DNA of 64,000 bases, from NCBI GenBank assembly GCA_965249725.1, contig CBDFMQ010000002.1:480001-544000 (forward strand), written 5' to 3'. This stretch comes from Longimicrobiales bacterium (GTDB lineage Bacteria > Gemmatimonadota > Gemmatimonadetes > Longimicrobiales > Gaopeijiaceae). Below are positions 50,005 to 59,224 of the stretch, one piece after another. Made by a program: the position numbers and the translations under genes. The notes below the pieces were generated by a model. That model ran no database searches. It had not been told where the DNA came from and saw only the letters and a program-made list of their open reading frames with translations. Numbering within the stretch: position 1 is the stretch's first letter; every line of letters starts with the position of its first letter.

Positions 50005-50888
50005 GCGGCGACGGAGAGGCTTCCACGCCCGAGCCCTTGCCCCAAACATCCTTAGGTGGCCTGTCGGTCATCCTCACCACGTATGAACAGCCCCGGGCGC
50101 TCGAACTCGTGCTCTGGGGGTACGCCCGCCAGACCTTCACCGACTTCGAGGTTGTGGTGGCGGATGATGGTTCCGGGCCGGAGACGGGCCGCGTCATCGA
50201 GAGAATCGGCGAGGAGACCCCCCTCACCATCCAACGGGTGTGGCACGAGGACCGCGGGTTTCGAAAGACCGAGATCCTGAATCGGGCCGTCGTGGCCGCG
50301 TCGGGAGACTATCTCGTCTTCTCGGACGGGGACTGCATTCCACGGGAGGACTTCTTGGAAGTGCACATGAGGGAGGCTCGCCCATCCACGTTTCTCTCGG
50401 GCGGATACCTCAAGCTCCCGCGAGAACTCTCCGAGGCCATGACCCCCGAAGACGTACGCTCGGGGCACGTCTTCAAACGCTCGTGGTTGCGGGCGAAGGG
50501 CTGGAGGGGAGGACGCCGTCAGCTGCGACTGTCCCGGTCCGCGAGGCTCGGATCGTTCCTGGACCGGGTCACCACCACGCGCCCTACCTGGAACGGGCAC
50601 AACGCCTCGACCTGGAAGAGCTCCGTGGTGGCCGTGAACGGCTACGACATGGATATGGGGTACGGAGGACTGGATCGGGCCTTGGGCGAGCGCCTCGTCA
50701 ACCTCGGGGTCTCGGGTCGGCAGATCCGTCATCGGGCTCCTTGCCTCCACCTGTGGCATCCCAGGCCGTATCGCACTCCGGACGTGGTGGCAGCGAACCT
50801 CGCGATCCGAGATCGAATTCGAGCGGACCGGCAGGTGCGTGCTAGAGTCGGGATCGCCGAACTCGAAGACGTGGCATCCGATGTCTGA
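50001..50888 (+). CDS. Glycosyltransferase family 2
   Basis: SVILTTY, VADDGS, FSDGDC (DxD) and HLWH. Confidence 0.9.
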   Translation: MSGDGEASTPEPLPQTSLGGLSVILTTYEQPRALELVLWGYARQTFTDFEVVVADDGSGPETGRVIERIGEETPLTIQRVWHEDRGFRKTEILNRAVVAASGDYLVFSDGDCIPREDFLEVHMREARPSTFLSGGYLKLPRELSEAMTPEDVRSGHVFKRSWLRAKGWRGGRRQLRLSRSARLGSFLDRVTTTRPTWNGHNASTWKSSVVAVNGYDMDMGYGGLDRALGERLVNLGVSGRQIRHRAPCLHLWHPRPYRTPDVVAANLAIRDRIRADRQVRARVGIAELEDVASDV

Positions 50889-51882
50889 GGTGGCCCCCAA
50901 ACGCCTCGGCGTGCTCGGTACGCTCGTGTGGGACACCATCCGGCACAGGGACAGCCGCAGCGAGCCCGTCGAGGAGTGGGGAGGGATCGCCTACGCGCTG
51001 GCCGCCCTGGAAGCTGCGCTGACGCCCGAGTGGGAGGTCGTACCGATCATCAAGATCGGATCAGACCTCTCCGAGGCGGCGTGGCGTTTCCTTCGGGAAT
51101 TCCCGCGCATGGACGTGGAGACAGCCGTTCGCGTCGTGCCGGATCCGAGCAACCGGGTCGAGCTCGTCTACTCCGGGAACGAGCGTCGCAGCGAACGGTT
51201 GACCGGTGGAGTACCCCCGTGGCTGTGGGCGGAGTTGGGCCCGCTGGTGGGCACCTGCGACGCCCTCTACGTCAACTTCATCTCCGGGTTCGAAATGGAG
51301 CTGGATACGGCGCGGGCGTTACGGAGTGCCTTTCGAGGTCCGACCTACGCAGACCTTCACTCCCTGTTCCTGGGCGTCGGGCGGAGCGGCATGCGTATTC
51401 CCCAGGAGCTCCCGTCCTGGGGGGCATGGCTGCGCTGCTTCGATGCCGTCCAGATGAACGAAGAGGAGTTCGATCTGTTGGGTCGGGCGATGGGTGACCC
51501 GTGGAACCTCGCGGCTCAAGTGGTGGGTCCTGAGCTGAAGCTCATCGCCGTGACTTTGGGTCCGAAGGGAGCGGGCTACGTGGCTGGAGCCGGGTTCGAC
51601 AGTGATCCGACCAGTTGGCCCGAGACACGGCATCGGGTCGCGGCACCCGGGCCGGCACGCAGCGGTCGCACGCTCTCCGAGACGGGGGAATTGCAGGGTG
51701 ACCCCACTGGCTGTGGTGACGTCTGGGGAGCTACTTTCTTTGCCCGCCTTCTGGGAGGAAACGAGCTTCAAGGCGCGATGACGCAGGCGAACCGGATGGC
51801 ATCCAGGAACGTGGAACACAGAGGTGCCGGCGGCTTGGACAACCACCTGAGAGGCCGGCTCTCCGCCCAGAGGAACACATGA
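50881..51882 (+). CDS. PfkB/ribokinase-family carbohydrate kinase
   Basis: WGGIAY, QMNEEE, VTLGPKGA and DPTGCGDVW (variant anion-hole motif). Confidence 0.8.
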   Translation: MSEVAPKRLGVLGTLVWDTIRHRDSRSEPVEEWGGIAYALAALEAALTPEWEVVPIIKIGSDLSEAAWRFLREFPRMDVETAVRVVPDPSNRVELVYSGNERRSERLTGGVPPWLWAELGPLVGTCDALYVNFISGFEMELDTARALRSAFRGPTYADLHSLFLGVGRSGMRIPQELPSWGAWLRCFDAVQMNEEEFDLLGRAMGDPWNLAAQVVGPELKLIAVTLGPKGAGYVAGAGFDSDPTSWPETRHRVAAPGPARSGRTLSETGELQGDPTGCGDVWGATFFARLLGGNELQGAMTQANRMASRNVEHRGAGGLDNHLRGRLSAQRNT

Positions 51883-52772
51883 GGGTCATCGATCTTCCGG
51901 GCTCCCTCGACTTCCAGACCTACGATGCGCTACTCGCGGAGGTCGTGGAGGCGGGCGGGACGAAGATCCTGTTCGACGGACGGCACCTCCGCTGGATTGG
52001 ACCCAACGGCATGGTGAACCTTCTGGCCGCCGGTTCCGTCGCTCGGGATCGGGCCGGAGAGGAACCCCATCTGGAACTGGCCGACGTCGGTGACGTGAAG
52101 AGCTACCTGGAGCGGATGGGTTTCTTCCAGGCGGCGGAGGGCGTGTTCGATCTCGGCAAGGCCCCCCACAAACGTGCGGCCGGAGAGTCCGACGTTCTGC
52201 TCGAGATCACGCCGATCACGACGAACAGCGACGTCCACGAAGTCGTGGATCGCGTGCAGAAACGGGCCGGTGCCATCCTCTCAAAGACCCTGGGATATCC
52301 ACTGACCAGCGTCGTGCAGTTCAGCGTGATCCTCAGCGAAGTGTGTCAGAACATCATCGAGCACGCCGAGGCCTCGGGGTGGGTCGCGGCGCAGTCGTAC
52401 AATTGGTCCCAGCGGCTCGGTCGCCAGGTCGTCATCATCTCCGTGTCGGACCTGGGCCGTGGCTTCCGAGGCTCGCTGGCCGACGAACATTCAGCCCGCT
52501 TCGCCGATCGCTGGGGTGATGCCACCGCACTCAAGGCTGCGTTTATCCATGGGCTAACACGCTTTCCTGATTCGGGCCGGGGGCAGGGGATCCAACAGAT
52601 CCGAAAACAGGTTCGACGTTGGGACGGCATGATCTCCATTCGCAGTGGCACGGCTCGCATCGCCGATGTACCCGAGTGGTTCGATTCGCCCCCGCTGGAG
52701 GAGGGCCTACCCGACTTCCCCGGGACCCAGATCAACATCATTCTCCCGGAGCGTATCGCCGATGAGGCATGA
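51879..52772 (+). CDS. STAS-like plus GHKL ATPase (anti-sigma kinase-like) protein
   Basis: EVCQNIIEHA N-box, SDLGRGF G1, GRGQGI G2 and PGT; no HisKA domain seen. Confidence 0.75.
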   Translation: MRVIDLPGSLDFQTYDALLAEVVEAGGTKILFDGRHLRWIGPNGMVNLLAAGSVARDRAGEEPHLELADVGDVKSYLERMGFFQAAEGVFDLGKAPHKRAAGESDVLLEITPITTNSDVHEVVDRVQKRAGAILSKTLGYPLTSVVQFSVILSEVCQNIIEHAEASGWVAAQSYNWSQRLGRQVVIISVSDLGRGFRGSLADEHSARFADRWGDATALKAAFIHGLTRFPDSGRGQGIQQIRKQVRRWDGMISIRSGTARIADVPEWFDSPPLEEGLPDFPGTQINIILPERIADEA

Positions 52773-53349
52773 GCTCCGGATCGATCCGATCGCGATCGAC
52801 GTGGGATCGCTGCTACAGCGCACGATCGCGTCTCTGTATTCCCACCTGGTTACAAGACAAACAGGAAGAGCGGTCCGGATGGCTATCGAGGCCCAGTTGG
52901 CCGAGAGCAGCCGGACCTCCCTGTCCTTGATCGACCTGTCCGAGGTCACGGTGATCGACTTCTCGTGCGCGGACGAAGTGGTCGCCAAGCTCATCCTCCG
53001 GTTTCTCGAGGATGACCGGCCGGGCGATGCCCTTTTCGTGTTCAGGGGTGTCGGCCAGGTCCACCGGGAGCCGATCGAGACCGTGCTCCGGCGACAGTCG
53101 CTGGCCGCCGTCTCGGAGGAGGGTGGCCGCTACGAGCTGCTGGGGACCCGGACCCAGGACGAGGAACACGCGTGGTCGGTCCTGGAGGACCGCGGCCGCA
53201 TCGAGCCCTCAGAAGTGGAAGATGTGTTCCCCGGCGCCAACCACCGCGAAGCTCTTGGCGAACTGGTCCTCAGGCGGGTCGCCTTCGCGGCTCCGGGCGA
53301 CGGCGGGTTTCACGCTCTAAGCACGCTGCTGGGTGGCCTGAGCGGCTGA
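52762..53349 (+). CDS. STAS-like (DUF4325-like) protein with a possible C-terminal winged helix
   Basis: TRQTGRAVR...LIDLSEVTVIDFSCADEVV pattern; overlaps the upstream stop. Confidence 0.65.
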   Translation: MRHELRIDPIAIDVGSLLQRTIASLYSHLVTRQTGRAVRMAIEAQLAESSRTSLSLIDLSEVTVIDFSCADEVVAKLILRFLEDDRPGDALFVFRGVGQVHREPIETVLRRQSLAAVSEEGGRYELLGTRTQDEEHAWSVLEDRGRIEPSEVEDVFPGANHREALGELVLRRVAFAAPGDGGFHALSTLLGGLSG

Positions 53350-53389
53350 ATCGAGAGAATCGCCGAAGCCGGACCCGGTTTCGTTCTCC

Positions 53390-55018
53390 CTACTCGGCAT
53401 CCATGAACGGATAGCGGTAGTCGGTATCCGCCACGAACGTCTCCTTGATGCTCTGCGCCGAGGTCCAGCGCAGGAGGTTCAGGACCGAGCCGGCCTTGTC
53501 GTTCGTCCCGCTGGCCCGGGCTCCACCGAACGGCTGCTGGCCCACGACAGCACCGGTCGGCTTGTCGTTCAAGTAGAAGTTGCCCGCCGTGAACTTGAGC
53601 GTGTCACAGGCCTGCCGAAGCGCCGCGCGATCCTGGCTGAAGACGGCCCCCGTGAGGGCATAAGGCGATGTGGATTCCACGAGTGAGAGCATCTCGGTCC
53701 ACTCGGCGTCCGGATAGACATAGATGGTCATCACCGGCCCGAAGATCTCGTCACACATCGACTCGTAGTCCGGCTTGTGCGACAAGATGATGGTCGGCCG
53801 GATGAAGTAGCCCTCCGAACCATCGTAGTCCCCACCGGCGATGATGTCCGCGTCGGCACTGGCCGCCGCCCGATCGATGTAACCGGTAATGTCGTCGAAG
53901 GCCTGCTTGTGGATCACCGCGCACATGAAGTTCCGGAAGTCCGTGGGTTCACCCAAGGTGAGGGAGTTGGTCTCCTCGATGAGCGGGTCCTTGAGATGCT
54001 TCCAGATGCTCTCCGGAATGTATGCGCGCGACGCGGCGCTGCACTTCTGACCTTGATATTCGAACGAGCCGCGAACGATGGCTGTCTTCAGCGCGGCGAC
54101 ATTCGCGCTGGGATGGGCCACGATGTAGTCCTTGCCGCCAGTCTCCCCGACGAGCCGGGGGTAGGATCGGTAGTTCGCAATACGCTCGCCCACCGTCTTC
54201 CACAGGCCCTGGAACACTCCGGTAGAACCCGTGAAGTGAGCTCCGGCGAAGTCCGGGCTGCTCAGGACGAGCTCCGTCATCTCGGACGGGGGACCCGGGA
54301 CGAAGTTGATGACTCCCGGGGGAAGTCCCGCTTCTTCGAACAGCCGCATCACATAGTAGCTGCTGACCAGCGCAGTACTCGACGGCTTCCACAGGACGGT
54401 GTTGCCCATCATGGCCGGGGTGGACGACAGGTTGCCGCCGATAGCCGTGAAGTTGAACGGTGAGATGGCGTAGATGAACCCTTCCAGCGGGCGGTAGTCC
54501 GTGCGGTTCCACATGCCCTCACTGGAGATGGGCTGTCGGTCGTAGATGCTCTCAGCGAAGTGGACGTTGAACCGAAGGAAGTCGACGAGCTCACAGGCGG
54601 CGTCCACCTCGGCCTGATGGACCGTCTTGCTCTGGTCGAGCATGGTGGCCGCGTTCAGTGTGTCCCGCCACGTGGTGGCGAGCAGCTCGGCCGCCGTCAG
54701 GAAAATGGATGCGCGGTCCTCCCATCTGGTGGCCGCCCACTCGTGTTGAGCATCCGTACACGACTTGATCGCCTGCTTGATTTCATCCGTGCCGGCCCGA
54801 TGGCAGGTCCCCAGCACATGCGAATGCCGGTGTGGCATGACGGCGTCCGTCGTGGTCCCGGTTCGGATCTCCTGTCCGCCGATGATCAGGGGAATCTCGA
54901 CCTGTTCGGCCGCCATGGTGGCGAGCCTGGCCTTGATGGAATCGCGCTCCGGCGTGCCGGGCGCATAGCTACGGACGGGATCGTTCGTGGGGTGGGGTAC
55001 GCGGTATCTGCCGTTCAT
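53390..55018 (-). CDS. pruA: L-glutamate gamma-semialdehyde (P5C) dehydrogenase
   Basis: SPFNF, FTGST, GETGGK, EYQGQKCSAASR, EIFGP and PFGGARASGTNDKAG. Confidence 0.95.
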   Translation of the reverse strand: MNGRYRVPHPTNDPVRSYAPGTPERDSIKARLATMAAEQVEIPLIIGGQEIRTGTTTDAVMPHRHSHVLGTCHRAGTDEIKQAIKSCTDAQHEWAATRWEDRASIFLTAAELLATTWRDTLNAATMLDQSKTVHQAEVDAACELVDFLRFNVHFAESIYDRQPISSEGMWNRTDYRPLEGFIYAISPFNFTAIGGNLSSTPAMMGNTVLWKPSSTALVSSYYVMRLFEEAGLPPGVINFVPGPPSEMTELVLSSPDFAGAHFTGSTGVFQGLWKTVGERIANYRSYPRLVGETGGKDYIVAHPSANVAALKTAIVRGSFEYQGQKCSAASRAYIPESIWKHLKDPLIEETNSLTLGEPTDFRNFMCAVIHKQAFDDITGYIDRAAASADADIIAGGDYDGSEGYFIRPTIILSHKPDYESMCDEIFGPVMTIYVYPDAEWTEMLSLVESTSPYALTGAVFSQDRAALRQACDTLKFTAGNFYLNDKPTGAVVGQQPFGGARASGTNDKAGSVLNLLRWTSAQSIKETFVADTDYRYPFMDAE

Positions 55019-55304
55019 AGATCTAGGCTCTCTGGGGCGGGTCGTTGTTCTTCGGAATCAGCTTGGGTTACTGCGCGGGCCGGCTCGGCGACCCAAAAAA
55101 AACGGGGACCGCTCGCTGTTCACCGTTTTGCGGCTGGGCGAGCCAGCCCGAGCTCCCCCTGGAAACTCTAGCGGAATGTCGGGTGTGGGAGCGCCCTTCG
55201 CAAGCGCCTGAGAGCGAGGTTGCCAGCAGGATGAAAGAAGGGACCTGATGAGCCCGGAAGTCGCGGCTCGGAAGAGGGGAGGCGGTGGTAAAAGCGGGGA
55301 GCTT

Positions 55305-57695
55305 CTACCAGATCTTCGCCTTCTGGAGTCCCTTCGCCAGCTTCTTCAGACCGCCTTGTTCGCGCGGGTGATAGCTGTAGTAGTACTGCATGTAGTAGCT
55401 CTCCTCCACGGTGGTGGAGGCCACTTCGTTGAGTACCGCTCCGAAGACCCGCACTCCCACGCGTCGCAGCTGATCCACGGCACGCTCGGCAGCTCGCTGC
55501 TCCGTCTCTCCAGAGCGCATCACGAGGACGACACCGTCGGTGTGGGCACCCAGGATCGCCGAGTCGGTGACAGCCAGAATGGGCGGCGTATCCAGGATGA
55601 GGTGGCTGTACTTGCCCTCGCACTCCTCCAGGAGACGCTGCATGGTCTTGGAGTTGAGGAGTTCGGAAGGGTTGGGCGGGAAGGGTCCGCTGGGGAGCAG
55701 GTCGAGGTTCGGAAGCACGTTGGGGCGAATGGCCTCACGAATCTCCGCGTCCCCGATCAACAGGTTGGTCAGCCCTGGCTCGCGGAGCACGTCCATGGCC
55801 CGGTGAAGAGCGGGGCGCCGGAGATCGGCGTCGATGAGCAGTACCCGCTGGCCCTGCTGCGCCAGCATGACCGCGAAGTTGATCGAGGTGGTCGACTTGC
55901 CCTCGTTGGGACCCGGGCTCGAGAAGAGCAGGGTCCGAATCGGTTCCTCGTCCGTGCTCATGAACATCAAGTTCATGCGCAGGTTTCGGTACGCTTCGGC
56001 AGCCGGATCGAGAGGATCCAACGCCACCATCAGGGGCAGGGCCCCACGGCCGTCGTCCTCTTCCGAGTCGGGCATCAGCTTGCGGAGCCGCGGGATGATA
56101 CCGAGGACCGGTATGCTGAGCAGCGTCTCGACGTCGGCGCTCGTGCGTACTGTACGGTCCAGGTACTCGAGGAAGAACGCGGCTCCGACGCCGAGGATCA
56201 GCCCGAGCAGCGCGCCGAGAAACAGATTGGTCCGTCCACCGGTCGTGACCGGCATCACGCTGTCGGCGGAATCGACTACAGCGACGTAGGCCGAGGCTCC
56301 GGCGGCGGTGATTTCACCCTGGTACTGTTGAGACTTCAAGAAGCGTACGGTTTCCTGGTCGAGTCCCAACTGGATGTTCAGCTCGCCGAGCTGATTCTCG
56401 AGCTCGGGGAAGTTCGCCTGATCGGCCTGGATCTCGTCGAGTTCGACCTGTTGGTCGGCGATCTGGGCTGCGAGGACGCCGAGGTTCTCCTGTACGGCGG
56501 TGCGCAGTTCCGCTTCCTTCGCCTGAAGCTGCGATCGCACGGCTCTCACCTGCGGGTGGTCCTCGGTCTTCCTCTCCTCGGTCAGGAGCGTTTGGACTTG
56601 GTCCTTGCGGTCCTGTACCTCATCGGCGAGCCCGCGAATCTGTGGGTTCACACCTGCGGGCAGGACCGCCATGAAGGCCACCAGGTCCACACCCTCGATG
56701 CCCGTTCTCTCCAAGCCCACCGTGATCCCATGCAGCGCGTCCTCTTGGTCCAACAGTGCCTGCATGCGGTCCTCGGTGCTCTCGTAACGGTTGAGGAGCT
56801 GCTGCTCCTGAATCGTCAGGCTCGTGAACTGAGCACTCTCCTTGAAGCTCCGAATCGCCCGAGACGAACCCTGGAGCTGTGAAAGGGCGCTGTCGAGGCG
56901 CTGCTCGATGAACTGTAGGTCGCGCTCGGCCTGCACACGAACGCGGTCCTCACCGAATCCCTGCAGAGCCAAGGTGGCACTGTTCAGGATCTGAGGGGCC
57001 AGGATCGGGTCCGGACTGCGATAGCTCACCTGAATGATGTTGGTCGACTCGAGGGCTGCCGCCGCCAGTCGCCCCTGGACTTCGCCCTGGACCTCGGGCA
57101 CGGGATGAATCACGAGCCTGTATTGACGTGACTCTTCAGGGGGCAGCTGCAGTCTGAGCCGCAGCCAGCCGGCGTCGAGAAGCATACCCACCGGCCCTTC
57201 CAGGACCAGGTTGCCCGTGCCGTCGAAGATCTGCGCCGCCGTACCGGCCTCGTCGTAGACCAGGTCCAGTACGCCGTCGCGAGCAGCCGGGTCGATCCAG
57301 GCCTCCACGAAGAGGTCGGAGCGAACCAGGTCCGGATTCTCGGGGCGCAGCCGCATCCCCAGTCTGGTCACGACGTTCCGCGCCACCTGGACGGAGGCCA
57401 AGACCTGAATCTCGGACTCGATGGGGTCTACGAAAATGTTCATCCCCGACACTCGGGTCGGGACCGTGAGCTGCCGGGTTACCTCGAGCGGGTCATTGAT
57501 CTGGAGGGATACACCCGTCTCGTAAATCGTCCGCTGCTTCGAGACCGCCCAAATAGCCGAGGCGGTCGTGACACCGAAGATGAGGAGCACGAGCCATAAG
57601 CGACGGGTGATGACGTGCCAGTAGTCCGAGATGTGGGGTGAAGCACCCGACAGTTCAGACTCGAGGGGGCCTAGTGACGTCGTCTCTTCTTGCAT
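55305..57695 (-). CDS. Polysaccharide co-polymerase / BY tyrosine autokinase (Wzc-like)
   Basis: Wzz-type N-terminus, two TM segments, AEAYRNLR, EGKSTT, LIDADLRRP, ILDTPP and Tyr cluster SYYMQYYYSY. Confidence 0.93.
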   Translation of the reverse strand: MQEETTSLGPLESELSGASPHISDYWHVITRRLWLVLLIFGVTTASAIWAVSKQRTIYETGVSLQINDPLEVTRQLTVPTRVSGMNIFVDPIESEIQVLASVQVARNVVTRLGMRLRPENPDLVRSDLFVEAWIDPAARDGVLDLVYDEAGTAAQIFDGTGNLVLEGPVGMLLDAGWLRLRLQLPPEESRQYRLVIHPVPEVQGEVQGRLAAAALESTNIIQVSYRSPDPILAPQILNSATLALQGFGEDRVRVQAERDLQFIEQRLDSALSQLQGSSRAIRSFKESAQFTSLTIQEQQLLNRYESTEDRMQALLDQEDALHGITVGLERTGIEGVDLVAFMAVLPAGVNPQIRGLADEVQDRKDQVQTLLTEERKTEDHPQVRAVRSQLQAKEAELRTAVQENLGVLAAQIADQQVELDEIQADQANFPELENQLGELNIQLGLDQETVRFLKSQQYQGEITAAGASAYVAVVDSADSVMPVTTGGRTNLFLGALLGLILGVGAAFFLEYLDRTVRTSADVETLLSIPVLGIIPRLRKLMPDSEEDDGRGALPLMVALDPLDPAAEAYRNLRMNLMFMSTDEEPIRTLLFSSPGPNEGKSTTSINFAVMLAQQGQRVLLIDADLRRPALHRAMDVLREPGLTNLLIGDAEIREAIRPNVLPNLDLLPSGPFPPNPSELLNSKTMQRLLEECEGKYSHLILDTPPILAVTDSAILGAHTDGVVLVMRSGETEQRAAERAVDQLRRVGVRVFGAVLNEVASTTVEESYYMQYYYSYHPREQGGLKKLAKGLQKAKIW

Positions 57696-57820
57696 GGAGC
57701 CTCGTTGCTCTTATTCCAACAGTTCTACCTGGGGACTCGCCCGGTTGGAAACATATGTTTTCGAAATGTTCGTTCCCAGCCCGATTCACGCAAGCTTGTT
57801 GCAATATAACAACCGTCATG

Positions 57821-57850
57821 TTGACTGATGCAATGAAATATTCGTAGCTT
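57821..57850 (+). promoter_or_regulatory. Candidate sigma70 promoter facing mrp
   Basis: TTGACT (57821-57826), 18-nt spacer, TAGCTT (57845-57850) in an AT-rich patch. Confidence 0.45.
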
Positions 57851-57929
57851 TTCTCGGTTCCGGCAGGAGTGGAGCGGGCGCGGCCTGGTCGAACACAGGC
57901 TGAGCCTGCCACGGCCCAGGATCCGTGCA

Positions 57930-57965
57930 GGCGTCTCGGAGATTCCGGAGACGCCACTTTTTTTT
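57930..57965 (+). terminator. Intrinsic terminator upstream of mrp
   Basis: GGCGTCTC-GGA-GAT-TCC-G-GAGACGCC stem followed by AC and T8. Confidence 0.75.
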
Positions 57966-58025
57966 GTTCATAGCGCCACCGAAGCCAATGGCGGGCGGCG
58001 TATGGCGTAGGCTTTGGGAGCGGAA

Positions 58026-59132
58026 ATGAGCGAAGACAGCGTGCGGAAAGCCGTACTGAAGGCTCTGGCCGCGATACGGCATCCCGTAACCGGCCGGGAC
58101 ATCATCGAGAGTGGCCACGTGCAGTCGGTGGAGGTCGGAGACGATGGCGACGTGCGCTTCTCGTTCGCCCTTCACGGAGACGATCCGGGAGATCTCGTCA
58201 AAGAGGCGAGAGGGGCCGTCGAGGGCTTGGCGGACGTGACCAGCGTCAAGATCAACGTGCAGCTGCCGCAATCGGGCGGGGCGGCCCCTGGGGCCGGACC
58301 TCAGGGCGGGGGTCTTCAACCGGGGTCCGTGCCTGCGCCGACGCCGCAGTCGGGACTTCTCACAGAGGTCTCTCACGTTGTAGCTGTGAGTTCTGGTAAG
58401 GGTGGAGTGGGCAAGTCGATGGTAGCCAGCAACTTGGCCGCAGCCCTCGCTGTCGCCGGAAAGACCGTCGGACTCCTCGACGCGGACATCTACGGACCCA
58501 ACATCCCGCTCATGTTCGGTGAGGACCGTCGTCCGCCCGTAACAGGTGACAAGGGCCGTGAGATGATCGAGCCGCTCGAGGCGCATGGCGTGAAGCTCAT
58601 GAGCCTCGGCTTCCTGTTGGAGAAGGAGCAGCCCGCCATCATGCGGGGTCCGCTCATCGCGGGGATTCTGAAGCAGTTTCTGGAGCAGGTGAGCTGGGGT
58701 CCGCTGGACGTGATGGTTGTGGACATGCCGCCCGGGACCGGCGACGCACAGCTCTCGTTGGTGCAGACCATCGACTTGGACGGTGTGGTGATGGTGACCA
58801 CGCCTCAGGACGTCGCCACCGGTGATGTACGACGGGGCATCAAGATGTTCGAGCGTGTGAACACGCGAATCTTGGGCATCGTCGAGAACATGGTCGGACT
58901 CTCCTGCCCGCACTGCGGCGAGGAGATCGACGTTTTCGGCAGCGGTGGCGGCGAGCGGCTCGCGGCGGACATGAATTTGCCGGTCCTGGGCAGTGTGCCA
59001 CTGGATCCGGCGGTGCGGGAGGCCGGGGATGCGGGTGCGCCGACGGTGGTGTCCGCCCCAGACTCGGCGGCTGGGCAGGCGCTCAAGGCGATCTCGGAGG
59101 TCGTCCTGGAGGCGCTGGGGGCCGCTGGGTAG
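58026..59132 (+). CDS. mrp: Mrp/ApbC/NBP35 Fe-S cluster carrier ATPase
   Basis: N-terminal DUF59-like domain, SGKGGVGKS, DADIYGP, DMPPGTGD and ENM..CPHC. Confidence 0.95.
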   Translation: MSEDSVRKAVLKALAAIRHPVTGRDIIESGHVQSVEVGDDGDVRFSFALHGDDPGDLVKEARGAVEGLADVTSVKINVQLPQSGGAAPGAGPQGGGLQPGSVPAPTPQSGLLTEVSHVVAVSSGKGGVGKSMVASNLAAALAVAGKTVGLLDADIYGPNIPLMFGEDRRPPVTGDKGREMIEPLEAHGVKLMSLGFLLEKEQPAIMRGPLIAGILKQFLEQVSWGPLDVMVVDMPPGTGDAQLSLVQTIDLDGVVMVTTPQDVATGDVRRGIKMFERVNTRILGIVENMVGLSCPHCGEEIDVFGSGGGERLAADMNLPVLGSVPLDPAVREAGDAGAPTVVSAPDSAAGQALKAISEVVLEALGAAG

Positions 59133-59224
59133 AGCCCGAGCGAGGTCGGGGACGGGCAAATCGATATTGCCTCTGCGCGTAGTCTGCTTGTGGCCCCGCC
59201 CGCATTGAGCGCATCTTGTGCGCC

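Noticed and set aside
55248..56882. 544-aa plus-strand ORF, and similar long antisense ORFs (40853-42421, 48181-49710, 57816-59159, 1576-2835, 6313-7617)
   Set aside because: They lie opposite well-supported genes, lack recognisable motifs, and are expected shadows of high-GC codon bias.
57857..57965. tRNA or SRP RNA
   Set aside because: No T-loop (GTTCRA) in the expected position, no anticodon-arm geometry or CCA end, and no SRP GNRA-capped conserved helix; kept only as an unknown structured RNA.
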